A stretch of 64,000 bases of DNA, from contig JBNZDD010013718.1 in NCBI GenBank assembly GCA_050575255.1, positions 4,175,644 through 4,239,643 on the forward strand, written 5' to 3'. The stretch is from Harriotta raleighana (taxonomy: Eukaryota). Positions 37,713 to 50,703 of the stretch are shown one piece after another (position 1 is the stretch's first letter; every line of letters begins with the position of its first letter). The notes below the pieces were generated by a model. It was not told where the DNA came from. It searched no databases and saw only the letters and a program-made list of their open reading frames with translations. The position numbers were made by a program, and so were the translations under genes.

Positions 37713-40700
37713 GAGGTTGGGAGGAAATTCAATGACATGAGAATAACAAATCACCTTCTTCATAGCACCAATGTGGCTGTAATAACAATAATAATCCTTG
37801 GATTTGATATAGCGCCTCATCACATCTTCAAGACAGAGCTGGGATCTATAGTCAAGGCACTTTGAGATCCTACTAGGCTTATGAACTGCTGTTGGATGAA
37901 AGTCAATCAGAAATTTACACTGTTTAGCAAGCGATTCTTTTTGAGAAAAATAAAACTATAATCTAAATGCAAGCAAAACCAAGGATACCTAGACATTTAA
38001 TCATCAACTTTGCACTGACTTCATTAGTGAACCTGACAGTCATAAAATATGTAAAAGACAGCTAAGGCTGTCCTTCATCATGATGAAAAAGCATTAAGAG
38101 GAACCTAGCAAGACATTTCAATCATTAAAAATAGGATTGAGTTAGAGCAGCTCTAGGATTGGAACAACTCCTTATATCACTGAAAGTACATTAACAGGGT
38201 GTGAATGTGAGAGTATTCCTAACTGCACCTTTTCCTTAAAAGTCAGCCTTAAACACATTTGGTAGCTTTCAGTTGTTGAGAGGCTTGTTGAGTGATTGTG
38301 GAGCTTTGAAGAAAGAGGGATAGCTCTGACCTCCAACATCATTGCTCCAAATAGTTTTAATAATGATCTTTCAGTTTGTTCAAAGCCCTATATAGATATT
38401 TCTATAACTGACTTTCAGTATTTCTTAAACACACATAGTTAATGTCACAATTTAGTAAATCTGAGATCAGACAAATCTATAACAGAGAGCCCCAGGAATG
38501 TAATGTGCAAGGTCTATGGTGAAGCGAACTCCACATGGTGAGTTTCCAGGTTTGGCCAACTCACCCACATGAGCCACTCAGTTTGGAAACTCGAATATCT
38601 TAGGCAATTGCAACACGCTTCCAGAGAATGGACACACTCTCTCTAGAGACATCAGCAGAGGCTGACAATCAGTCGTTCACTTCTTTAGATGCTTAAAGAG
38701 CATCAGAAAAGAATTGGGGATAAATAAAATTTTAAGTGTCCTATTTATATCCTATTATTTCACCTCTGTTGAAGACTCAAATACCTATAGAAACAGGGAC
38801 GAAGCTCTGCCTCCAATCCTGCAACTCTTCTATATCTTTTAGTGAGAGTCCATTGCCTCCTATCACTCAATTTAATGAGGAACAGCAGTGAACAGTGAGC
38901 ATTTTTGACACTCGTATGGATTTTCTATCAGTGCATAGACCGTAACTGAGAATGCCAAAATAACACGAATATGAGACATCACTCAAGTTTGAGGGCAAAA
39001 CCCAGTGTCTCCTTCCTGTAGAAGTTTCACGGTTGTCATTTCATCACTCAATGAAAGCTGCATTTTTATTAGTGAGTTTTTAAGGTCCATTTGATACAGC
39101 TTTCCATGGCTAAACAGAATATGTGACAGGTGAGCTTCCTGGCAAGCAGCCTGGCTAGGTCTGCAATTGCTTTAACAGTTACGAAAATGGTTCATTAAAC
39201 GGGTAGTTGTCCTCTGCAGTATATTCAATGAGTCACTCTTCAAACAAAAAATTGAAAATTAAATGTGCACAGTAACTGCTTTCAAATGCCCGCCTTAATC
39301 AAGGAGTTTTTGCAAGACCAGCACACATACTATGGTTGGTTTGGCGTGAATAATACTTGCATTTGGTAAAATAACGCTGTACAATCAAATGAGCTAGAAA
39401 TGAATGAATAAAATGCCAGACGAAACCACAGAATCTCAATGTAGCAAACCAGTTCCTATTGATTCCCAAAGATTAGAATTGAATGAAACAAACTGTTTCC
39501 CATTCTATTGTACACGATTCTTGATCCATTTACCTGGTTCTCGAGTCCCTAATATACATAATGCTGCTTTGTGTGAGTGGCGTTCAAGTCAATGGTGCTG
39601 ACACTTAAGCAGCACTCTTTAGTACAGCTGCGACTTTTAAAGCTCGAAATCCCAGGGAGCAGCTAAGGGCACAACAAATAGCCTTGACGCCCTGTGTTAC
39701 CTAGAGACGTCGGCTGGAAAGTGCATGTGAATGGATGTCTGGGAGAGGAAAGGGTCGGGCTCAGCTGTGATGCCTGCTCCACATGCATATTACACTGCCT
39801 GCCTGTATCAAACACCCTGTCAACCTCAGATATGAACTATAGATATGAGGGTGGAGATGGGGGGAATATGGACTAGACAGTTTTAGAGGAACAGATCCTC
39901 CGCAGAAGGAAAAAATAAGTCACACCCCTTCAGTAGGGATGTGGAGAAAATTGGGAAAAAACAAAACAAAATTAAAGCATTAGATTGCCTAGCAGTTGAT
40001 AAACCGATAGCACTTTCTATTACAAATAAAATTATCTCATGTGGATTTATCGTGAGCAATGAGAGTATATTTGGACAACCCTGAGTGTGCCTAGTTAGGT
40101 TTCCTTCCACTCTCGAATGATTAATCATTTTGAATTTTAATCTACACAATGAAAAAGCTTGTTGTTTGTTTTTTGCACACCTACAGCAGGACGTCGAGCA
40201 GCTGTTTGCAATCATTTTCAATGCAAACCTTTATACATAAATTAATATGTGGAAATATGTGATGAGCAGAGAACTGGACCTATTTCAAAGCCAGCCTCAA
40301 TGTAATCAGTTTCTTTCAGCTATTCCAGAGTACATGTCATTCAAACCTACCTATCACAGAAATCATATTCTTTGTCAAATTGTTAAACACAAGAGTTTCT
40401 TTCACATCTCTGTGTTGATGTTGATGCAGTTTAGCTGCTGTATTTGCCAATAATAGCAACCGACACTTAATCTCTAAAGAATCATATTTTGCAAAGCATT
40501 TTGAGGTGTTTAACTTTATATGAAAGGTGCTATGTAAATGTAAACTATTGCTATTTTGTTTGATGCTCTAACAATATAATCGGAATACATAAAGAGGTTG
40601 GTCTTTTCAACACTTTGGAGGATGAGAAGGGTGGGTGACCTGGAGAGTTGAGTTCAGATAGGCCAAAGGGCCTTCTTAATTCCAATCAATCTTGTGGTGA

Positions 40701-41564
40701 TCTTGTGAGTGCGATATTTAATTAAATAACTGTCCAAATTAGTCTTTGGGAGACAATTGTTCCTCATTGCTACACTAATTGGCTGGCAATGTGTATCAGT
40801 TGTGCTTATTCTGACAATTTGGGGGCAAAATATTAGAAAGTGATGAGCTATTTAAGGGTTAATCTACCATCAACTACATGGTGAACAGTGGGGGAGAAAA
40901 ACATCAACAAAGGAAACTGAATGACATCAACAGAGGGACAGCTATTCCAGGGTACACATCATTCAAACCTACCTATCACAGAAATCATATTCTTTGTCAA
41001 ATTGTTGAACACAATGCCTCATAAGAAAAGGTTCACGATCCCTCTCCAGGAGACACAGAAAGCACTAATAAGTGCTGCAATGCTGTGCCCTGTACCCAAT
41101 CAAGTAACAACATTGCAGAACGATGATTGGAGTCCATTACCAGGACTGTTGGGAGTTCACCAGATGAAACAGCCATTTCAGGAAACAATAGAGGGCTTTT
41201 TCGTTATGTATAATAATGAGAATCTGAGGCATTTGTGTAGGTATCAACACAACGTTTGAACACATTAAAGACTTGTTCATATTAAATGTTTACACTAATA
41301 AGCCAGAACGGAAAGAAAACAAAAAATAAGTCAATTGCTGTCAGTTTACGAGCTCTCTTCCTTATGCCCAATGCCTTAAAATGTTTCACTTATTCAGGCT
41401 TCCATTAAAATCCCACCTCTCAGCAGCAAATGTAAACTCAGCAAATGTAAAATGTTTTATTAAAATCTCACCAAGTTGCTTGCCTCCATTCCGGACTTAA
41501 TTTTTAGTCTTTATTCTTATTTGTACATATTTTATGAATTTGACTGATTCAATATTGTTAATAA

Positions 41565-41762
41565 GCCCTCAAGAAAAACAAACAATAAGAATTTGGTCAT
41601 TCAATCCATGACTGTTTGTGGGTCACTGCTGTGCGCAATTGGCTGCAGCGTTTGGCCCACAAATATACACTCAATTGTCTTTACAGTATATTCTGTGAAG
41701 TGCTTTGAAATGTCTAGAAGACATGATAAATTCTATATCAAATGCAAGGATTATTATAATAA
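41565..41762 (+). mobile_element. SINE 3' half. Further plus-strand partial copies near 43190-43310, 48888-49035, 49190-49298, 52895-52995 and 61445-61508
   Basis: ccatgactgtttgtgggtcactgctgtgcgcaattggctgcagcg...tatcaaatgcaaggattatt. Confidence 0.82.
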
Positions 41763-44700
41763 TATCTTTTAGGAGCCAGTGACAGGTATTTTTCCCACTA
41801 TATAATATCAATGATGTGTTAAGAGGTAATTATTTTACTTTCATATAAAACACTTAAGCACTCTAGTGACAGAAAGTTGTGCAGTCTTTCATTAAATCAA
41901 ATGTATTATTGTGCTGGAAATTTCATGTTGAACTCAACTTGTATATAGGGGTTAAAACTGTAATGTAATAATTATAACATCAACTAAAAGAAAAACAACT
42001 TGCAATATAATGCCTTTCACATCAGGAGCTCATCTCAAAGTTCTTTGCAGGATTGTACTATGTAGTGACTGCATAATTGTAGGCAATTATGGCTGCCAAT
42101 TTGCATATAGCAACATCTCACAAACAACCATGAAGTGAAATAGCCAGTTTAATTTGGGGGCTTGTTGGACACTAGGAGAACTCTTATGATCACCTAGCCA
42201 CAATTTCGACCCCCAGACAGTATAGCACACTGTTGAGTGACCCAATACTGCTTCCCAAAAAGCTAAGAGTGTATACGTGTGAGTTGTAAAGTTCTACACA
42301 CCCACGCAATCATAGACACAGATAGTTCTCAGCAATCTGTTGTGCAATGATTTCTGGAAGAGGAAATAAATCTGACCGTGTATCCCTTAATCATGTAAAT
42401 ATAAAAAGGCCAACAGCCAAAGGGGATCAACTGAATAAAACAGATGATTATATTCCCAATGAGCATGTCTCGGTGGTTATAAATACTCAAGATGGGAAAT
42501 TGGCAGAAGCTTCACTCGAGCTGAGTTAAATTGTGGTCTGTGGTGCATTGTATTTGTCTTTGGAATCAAATTGTTATTCTGGTCAACATCATACTCACAT
42601 GAAGTGAACCACAGCAAACAAAGTCTCACGACCCATGAACTACCCAGGCAGAGTATTTGAAACTTTCTGAGCTGAAGGATTGTATATGATAAATTTCTGC
42701 TTCACATCATTCTGAAATTCTAGGACATTAGTATGTTGTCCAGTTTTTGTATTACATTATTATACTAATAATAATCCTTACATTTAATACAGTGTATTTC
42801 ATGTCATGACATTTCAGAGCTCTTCACATATGCGGCAAATTGTAATTACTGTATTTTGTAGGTGAACGTAGCAGTCAATGTGGACGTGGACAACAATATC
42901 TAAATCACCAGTTTTATTTTTGAGGTGTGGTGGGTTTGTTGGCTTGGGGACTCTTTACAAAAAAGGCCTAGACAATTTATTCATGTGGTTCAAATAGTGT
43001 GAATGCTACGATAGTTTAATATGGTAACCTCTCATACCTTGTCTTTATCTCTACACTTTGCTTGGAAGCAGAGAAAGGATTTTCAGTGGAAAACCCTATC
43101 CATTCCCCTCATCCAAATTGTATTGTTAACAATACAGTTAATAATATATGTTGTATGAAAGGTGTTTCTCCCAATGATAATTTCCCAGATAAAAGTCGTC
43201 ATTCACTTTAAGTCTGTCTTTGCAATGTGCACAAATTGGTTGCTGCATTCACCTGCAAAACACACAGTCACTGAACTTTACTGTAAATCCAGAGAAGCTC
43301 TTTGAGAAGTTGTTCTGGCATTAGATTATGGCTGCTCTTCATCATATCCTCAGCTCAATGCTCCCAGCTCATGTCCTTGCTGAACCCCGACGCGCAAGGA
43401 GCATTACAAATGTAAGTTTGTTGTTGTTGCTGCTATGTTCCTTCATGATGCATTTGCTGATACCAAATACAGAATGGACTAAAGATGAAGGGAAGAGCAC
43501 ACGTGAATGCATACACAAGGGAAAAGGAAAGAGAGGAGAATGGGAGTGGGGATGGGGGAGTGGAGGCTCATGTGGAGTATAATCACTGACACTGGCTAGT
43601 TGGGCCACAAGATCAGCATTTGAGTCCCATACAATTGCATGCGAAAATCAAATGCAAGGATTATTATTATTTTTATCAAGTGAGAAGGGATTGGGGGGGT
43701 TTCCTAACCTTTAATCTGATTAATTATTCATGACAGATAAACTCCTTCTATACCAAAGGTCTCTTTGAAATACCACATGTTACTATGTGCTTAGTGTTGC
43801 CTAGGAAACAACCCGCCTTGAATAATCAGATATATGTAAAATGGAAGCGATGCTCTTGAATAGAGTCTAAATTGTGAAGTTAAAAGCCTACCAAACGGAA
43901 GAAGAACAACTCCACAAATAATGATTTCTCAACCAACAATTCTATATGATGGTGAGACTAAACAGACATACACTTTTGAATTCCGGGGGCATCTACAGAG
44001 CTTTTCATCATTTTAGTTTCAACCCTACAGGGTCTGCCTGACCTGTTAAATGAGTGTCATCGAATTACAAATTCATCGAAAGCTTTTTATAAAAAAGTCA
44101 TTTTGCGCATCGGTACACTCAGAAAATTATGTTCAGCTGCAATCACTTGAAAATTCTTGAAGCAAAACAAATCTTTCTTATCACAATGCTCAAACTGTAT
44201 CTCAGTAACACTGTCGTTTGTGGTCCTGACACATAGATATGTCAGTTCACAGCAACATAGAAAGAATCAGCTAGTGGGCATTTCGATCCTTAGTTGGCAT
44301 TGATATGTCTCTGGTTGGAAAGCTCCCAGTCTTCTGTTTTAAGATAGAGCAGAATTGTTGAAAACTTACTCTTAAATTTCAAAGTTGTTTCTTGATTAAA
44401 AACTGTGGAAAAACAGTTTCTAGATTTTGGAGTACATTTCAGAATTTTCCACTATTCTGCATGATCTCAAGCAGCACCCATCACATTTACTGCTATTGCT
44501 TATATCGTCTCAGTCAACGACAGCGACTTGGAAGAGAACAGTCATAAATCACAGCATATGTGAAACTGCTGTAAAGCAGGAGTCCAGAGATCAAACTAAA
44601 CAAGCAGGGAGAAACAAATTCATTGATTGTCTTGTGCAATGGAGCGTTAGTGCTGTTTGAAGTGGAGGGTGGAGAGATAAGCGAGTAAGATAATATTTTC

Positions 44701-46499
44701 AGAATAGGCTGAACGGTTATCAACTTCATAGGATTATCCAGTATGGCAGACTGTCATAATCCATTATGATCTACCCCATCTATTATCACTGAAGAGTTTA
44801 AATGGTGTAATCTGCCTGTGCAAGCATTTTCTATAAAGACCCAACTGTTTTAAATACCATCATTACTGTGATGCTGAAATAATCAGAACACACTCTGAGC
44901 CGCTCACCATTGTACTGATGGTCAACTGGATGTCTTGTTGTACACTAAAGAAGTTGTACCTTAGAGCATTGATCTTTTACTTTATACTTTTACTTTACTG
45001 CCAGGAGCATGATTGGTAATTTCTTTACAACCAAATGTTACTCAAATAGGCCACTTATTTGGAATTTCATAAACTTGGCTAAGTTTTAATCAGGTCCCAA
45101 TTCCCTTTATGAAAACGTGGCCTGAACATGCTGACTGTCATATGAATGGTATTTATTCCTGACCCTTTGGACGAAGGGGGGGGCGTGCGTAGCATGTAAC
45201 TTCTGCAAGATGAGAGGATTAAAAATTGAATGTGGTCTGTTGTTTGTGGATGGGAATGATCAAGAACCTGAAGTTCCGGTCTGTGTGGGTTTTTTTCCGG
45301 GGAGGACATACTGGATTGCCTGATAAGATGATAGGGGCTCATGTCAATTTAACCTGACAAATTTTACATCTAGATATCTTAAAGATCTATGGCTTCCCCC
45401 AAAGCCATTGTGCGTTCATTGCTCACTTGTTAATGTAATGTAAATCTGTGTGATTAGAAGGGCATTTCTTCCTCGTATTCTTGCGCAGGCCAGTTCCTGT
45501 TAAGTTTGTTCCCATGACATGCTAGTACTGTGGCAAATTTCCAACTTTTAACCATTTTCACCACAACAACCATGACCACCACGGCCACTAATGTCAGACC
45601 CATTCATTCCCACGGCAGTACTGCACGGAAAATGATAAACTTTTGACGTTGGCCAAAATGACACAGCTGCCAAAATTTATGCTTAAATGTTCTTTTGTAC
45701 AATTCCTACAAAGAAACAACAACAGTTAATGAAACTATTAGACACAGACAAGTATAGTCATGAGTTGCTTTTATGGCAAATCCGAATTATGGCCAGTTTT
45801 AGAAATGCTTACATATGTTACTTTCCCATTCTCTTCCTTTACAGTAATGTACTTTTAGTTACTATCCCGTGCGAGGGCCAACTGTACATTACAAGTAAAG
45901 TGCTAGTGGAAAAGTATCGAGTATCAACCAAATTGCACATCTTGAATTTCTATAGATTCCCGAGCACCCAACACAAAACTCTGCCATAGAAGAAGACGTT
46001 ATCAAGGAGATCATCCTTTCAGGTCCTCGCCATGACATTGTGTTGTGTGCTTTCTGTGCCAATGTGTAGGAAAAAAACAAGGCAATGCTTTGAACACCGT
46101 CTGATTTACATGCTACTTCACAACTCAAATGTGATCAGATTACTATTCATCACCTCCACATGTGCTGGCAAAAACACTCCAGGATCTTCATCATCATCTT
46201 ATACACAGCTCAGCCTGGGGGAGATTAGTTAGCATTATCACAGTAACTACAGCAGTATCTTGTTGCTGTTTCAACCTTAAAGGCTGCGTAAATACAGCCC
46301 AAATAGAAAACTTGCACATTACTGCCTTTTGCTAATGGTAGCAGCATCATTTTCATGAAAAAGTGCTCAACAAACTTTTTTCTATAAAAGTACACACCAC
46401 AAAGTCAATGCTTCAACCTGCACTTGTACACAAGATTGTTAGGTTCTGATTCTTCTTAACATTTGCTATAGACCTTTTTAGAAAGTTACTGCTCCAAAT

Positions 46500-46566
46500 C
46501 CCTGACTGTCCAATGCCTTGTGACGTCCTCCCAACGTGAAAGGCTCCATAGAAATGTAATTTTGTA
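46500..46566 (+). mobile_element. L2 3' terminus
   Basis: ctgactgtccaatgccttgtgacgtcctcccaacgtgaaaggctc. Confidence 0.7.
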
Positions 46567-48010
46567 CAATTTCTACAAAGAAATAACAAAAGCAATGAAC
46601 AACAATGAACGACAGCAACAAAATTCCGTTTAGTGTCATTTCGTTGATTCCAATGCGGAGGTGCAAAGGGAATTACTTGACTAGACCTTTCACTTCTAAA
46701 AAAAACCTCCCATCTCAATTCCGACTAGCAACAGCTATATATTTAAAATGCAGAAGTGTTCCAACAAAATAGTTTGCAAAAAACACATCAATCACTAGAT
46801 TTTTAAAGCATTCGTCACATTGCATAGATATTCATCATTGTTTTCTAATGCTAATTTGCACTCTGAGCACATTACAAAAGAGTCTAGTCTAACAAGAAAA
46901 ACTCTGCTTCCAGAAGAGCTCTAATGCTGAGATAAAACCTACTCTTGCTATTCCAGGCTGAATTTAATGAGCTTTGTTTGACTTTAGATTGTAGCAAACA
47001 CTATCAAACAAATTATGATCAATGTTAATCAGTGTTCATTTTGAATTTACATGAAATGTTTACAATCTGATTTGTAATTAAATAAGAAGGAAGGAGCAAA
47101 CAATTTAATTATTTCTGGACATATAGTAATTTGCACTTTTTAAATTGAGGTTTGCTATCATAGGAAAATATAGCTTCCTACACATTTCAGTTTGTTCATC
47201 ATTGTTTAATTCATGTCACTGTCAACAGCAGTGCCAAAGGCAAAGAGAACAACTGAATAGACAACAGATCCTAGGATTGTAAGAAGCTTCTGATAACCTG
47301 CAAATAGCCATTGAGTCAGGTTCTGAAAGCTTGGCTCAGATATCTGTGCATTACTTTCAACAATGTTCTTTACCATTTAACAAGGTATTAAAAATGTGCT
47401 CACTTACTGTAATGAAAAACAATCCTTGGAATGATATCATCCTCTGTCAAAGCACCCTGAGTAAATACAGCTGTATATAAAGTCAGCAATAGACATTTTG
47501 CAAGATTTGAGTGCATGATGACTGCAGACTGGTAGCAAAGTCTATGCTTGTCTCCTCCGCCTTCTTGTCTTCAAAGAGCTTGAGTCAATTTGTAATCCAC
47601 AGGTAAACAGTGCAGTCTGGAACAACACTCGTAATTTTTCACAGAGGAGGAATGAACGCTGCTTATAGTGCTCATCAGTAGTTTCCCCCAAACCAGTTTC
47701 CACACGTCCAACAAGATTTGAGCGGGTTGCCTGGTTGAACCTGAAATAGAAAAGTTGAGCAAGTTAGAAACTGATCAATTGCAGCATCTTCCGAGAAAGT
47801 CAGGTGCTTCAAATGAAGCTCGATTTCGATTCTGTAACAGCATCTGTTGAAGAAGTCAGCACACTTAAATATTCATTTGCTGTTTGCTGATTCACATTGC
47901 AACTTGAGTACAATTCAGAGCCAGCTTGTGGTATACAACTTTAAGTACTTTTAATAAGGGAAGAAAGCAGATCAGAGCCTTGTATCAGTCGTGTAGGTTA
48001 TATAATAGTA

Positions 48011-48309
48011 ATTATAATAATAATCTTTGCATTTGATATTGTGCTTTTCATGTCTTCTAGATGTCTCAAAGTGCTTCACAGAATATACTGTAAAGTGAAT
48101 TGACTGTATATATCTGGGCGAAACGTGGTAGCCATTTGCACACAGCAGTGTCCCACAAACAGTCGCGGATTGAAATGAACAATTTATTATTTTTGGAGGG
48201 ATTATTATCAGGCATAAAGAAACTTGCCCAAGGTTTCACTCTGCCTGGAATTGAACCCAGGTCTCTCGCTTGTAAGGCGAGTGTGCTAACCACTGAGCTC
48301 CAAGTCTCC
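48011..48309 (-). mobile_element. Full-length tRNA(Val)-derived Deu-type SINE
   Basis: Reverse complement reads ggagacttggagctcagtggttagcacactcgccttacaagcgagagacctgggttcaattccaggc (A and B boxes, anticodon arm), then the core and the (TTA)n tail. Confidence 0.88.
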
Positions 48310-50196
48310 ACTGGTTACATGATCAATCCATATTGCATGTGCTTGCCTTAATCTGAACTCCTGACCCCATACTCCACTGCAAAGTTGGTTGCTGTATGCA
48401 AAATCTAGCCGGTGAGATAAAATTTGGGTAGATGGCTGAAGTGCCATCATTCATTTATCTAGCATCTATGATGCTATGATCTGTGATGATAGATAAGTAC
48501 AAGGCCACTATAAAAAATGTACAACTAAATAGCTATGAACTACATCCTTTTCTACTCTTTCCTTATTCTAGAAAGCCTAACAGGAAAGGAAGCAAATGAT
48601 ATGCTTGCATTCCACTGATAAATAGCACCCCTTTAGAAGCTTTGGGGTCACCCCAAAGCAAGACCACAGCTCCACACTGACTATCCCTGTAATAATCCCT
48701 GTGATCTTCTATACGATGGAACGTCCCACTCAGAACAATCCATTTATATCCTTGTGCCCTGGGACAAGAATCTACCCATCTTCAGCAAAGTCCTGTGACA
48801 ATTGCTTGTTGTGAACTGGTTTAATTCATCCCAGGACAGTACCTGCATATATCCACCAGAGCTCAGATAAATTTGGTACTTTCGCTTCATGGCTGTTTGT
48901 GGGACATTGCTGTGCACAAATTGACAGCCACATTCGCTTTATAAATATGCAGTCACACTTACTTTACTGTGTGACTCACACTGAGATGTCATCATGACTT
49001 GAAAGGTGGTACATCAAATTCAAGGATTATTTATTGCTAGCAGTAGTATTTTGAAATTATATTCATGTTGTGTCCAGTAGGACCAAAGCATATTTATTTG
49101 TGAAAAATTAATAATACTCGTCACATATGATACAGTGCATTTCAAGTCAGGAGAACGTCCCAATCACAAACTCTTCCATTTCTCAAGGTGTTGCCCACAA
49201 ATATATAGTCATTTCACTTTACAGTATATTCTGTGAAGCTCTTTGATACATCTAGAAGATACGAAACGTGCTATATCAAATGCAAGAATTATTATTAGTA
49301 ATAAAGATCTTTCAACAGAACAAAGATACACAATTACTCATATTTAGTCAAAGATTTAAGTCACCCTCACTTTTTTATTATTTCACAAAACCACTTAATA
49401 AAAATCTATATACAACTGTCTGCTTCAATATTTCCATCATTTTATAGAAGCAAACAACATGAAATAGAACTATACATAAACATACAATTATCCCTTTATT
49501 AACTTAAACCAACATTCTCTCAATGCCAAGAACATACAATAATGAATTCATTTAAATCCTTTAGCAACTTACTGTCTCCAGCAACAGTCTTAATTAAGTT
49601 TGCAATGCCACAAGCATTTGGCTCTGAGGAAAACCCACAGGCAAGTCACTCGATTAATGTTCAAATCGGACACATGGGAAAAGTATAGTACCTGAATGTA
49701 GTGTGAATACAGTACAATACATGAATGGAAATTGAAAGCACACTGCGATTCATTCCCCAACCGAAAGAAGCATTTAATTTCTCAGTACATCTTTAGCGAG
49801 CTATATTTAGTGGCAAACCTCTATGTATTCCAGAAACAATAAGGGGAAAACCTCCGATAATCATTAGGAGTGGTTTCAAAAGAATAAAAAACATTTCGAA
49901 ATAGGTTATGTAAGGAACAACTAAGAAGAACTGGGTGTGGTACACGGAAAAACAAAACACAAGCTACTCAAATCTGGTCTGTTATGGTCATGGCTGGCAG
50001 GAGGGGAGGTGGCTTTAAGGAGCTGAGATTTTAATAACATTGTACACAGATTGCCTTGGGCCAAAATAAATCAAATCCAAACTGACAGCAAACAAGGGAC
50101 CTCATCCACCATTTCACTTCTACTGCTGGATCTGAACTCAGTTTCAATGTACCAGACAATGTGCAAGGTAGGCACATTACCCACTGCTGGTAGCAT

Positions 50197-50703
50197 GGAG
50201 TCCTGCAGCTCAATGTTTAGAGCATTCGCCTTACAAGAACAAAATTACACTTGTATATAGCGCCTTTCATGTCGGGAGGACGTCCCAAAGCGCCGAGCCC
50301 TGGTTTCAATTCCAGGCAGGATTAAACCTTGGGGAAATTTCNAGTCCTGCAGCTCAATGTTTAGAGCATTCGCCTTACAACAACAAAATTACACTTGTAT
50401 ATAGCGCCTTTCATGTCGGGAGGACGTCCCAAAGCGCCGAGCCCTGGTTTCAATTCCAGGCAGGATTAAACCTTGTGGAAATTTCCTTCCTCCACATGCC
50501 TAAAAATAACCTCTCAATAAAATAATAAATTGGTCATTTCAATCCATGACTGTTTGTGGGCCACTGCTGTGGACAATTGGCTGCCACGTTTTGCCCACAT
50601 ACATACAGTCAATTTACTTTACAGTACTGTATATTCTGTGAAGTGCTTTGAGACATGAGGAAGACATGAAAAGTGCTACATCAAATGCGAGGATTATTAT
50701 TAT
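50197..50703 (+). mobile_element. tRNA/Deu SINE carrying an antisense L2 tail in its head; the first ~143 bp are duplicated across an N
   Basis: Head, core and tail match the family. L2 tail at 50381-50437 and again at 50237-50293. Confidence 0.85.

Noticed and set aside
48230-48309. tRNA gene
   Set aside because: No acceptor-stem pairing or Pol III terminator. It continues into the SINE body, so it is a SINE head.
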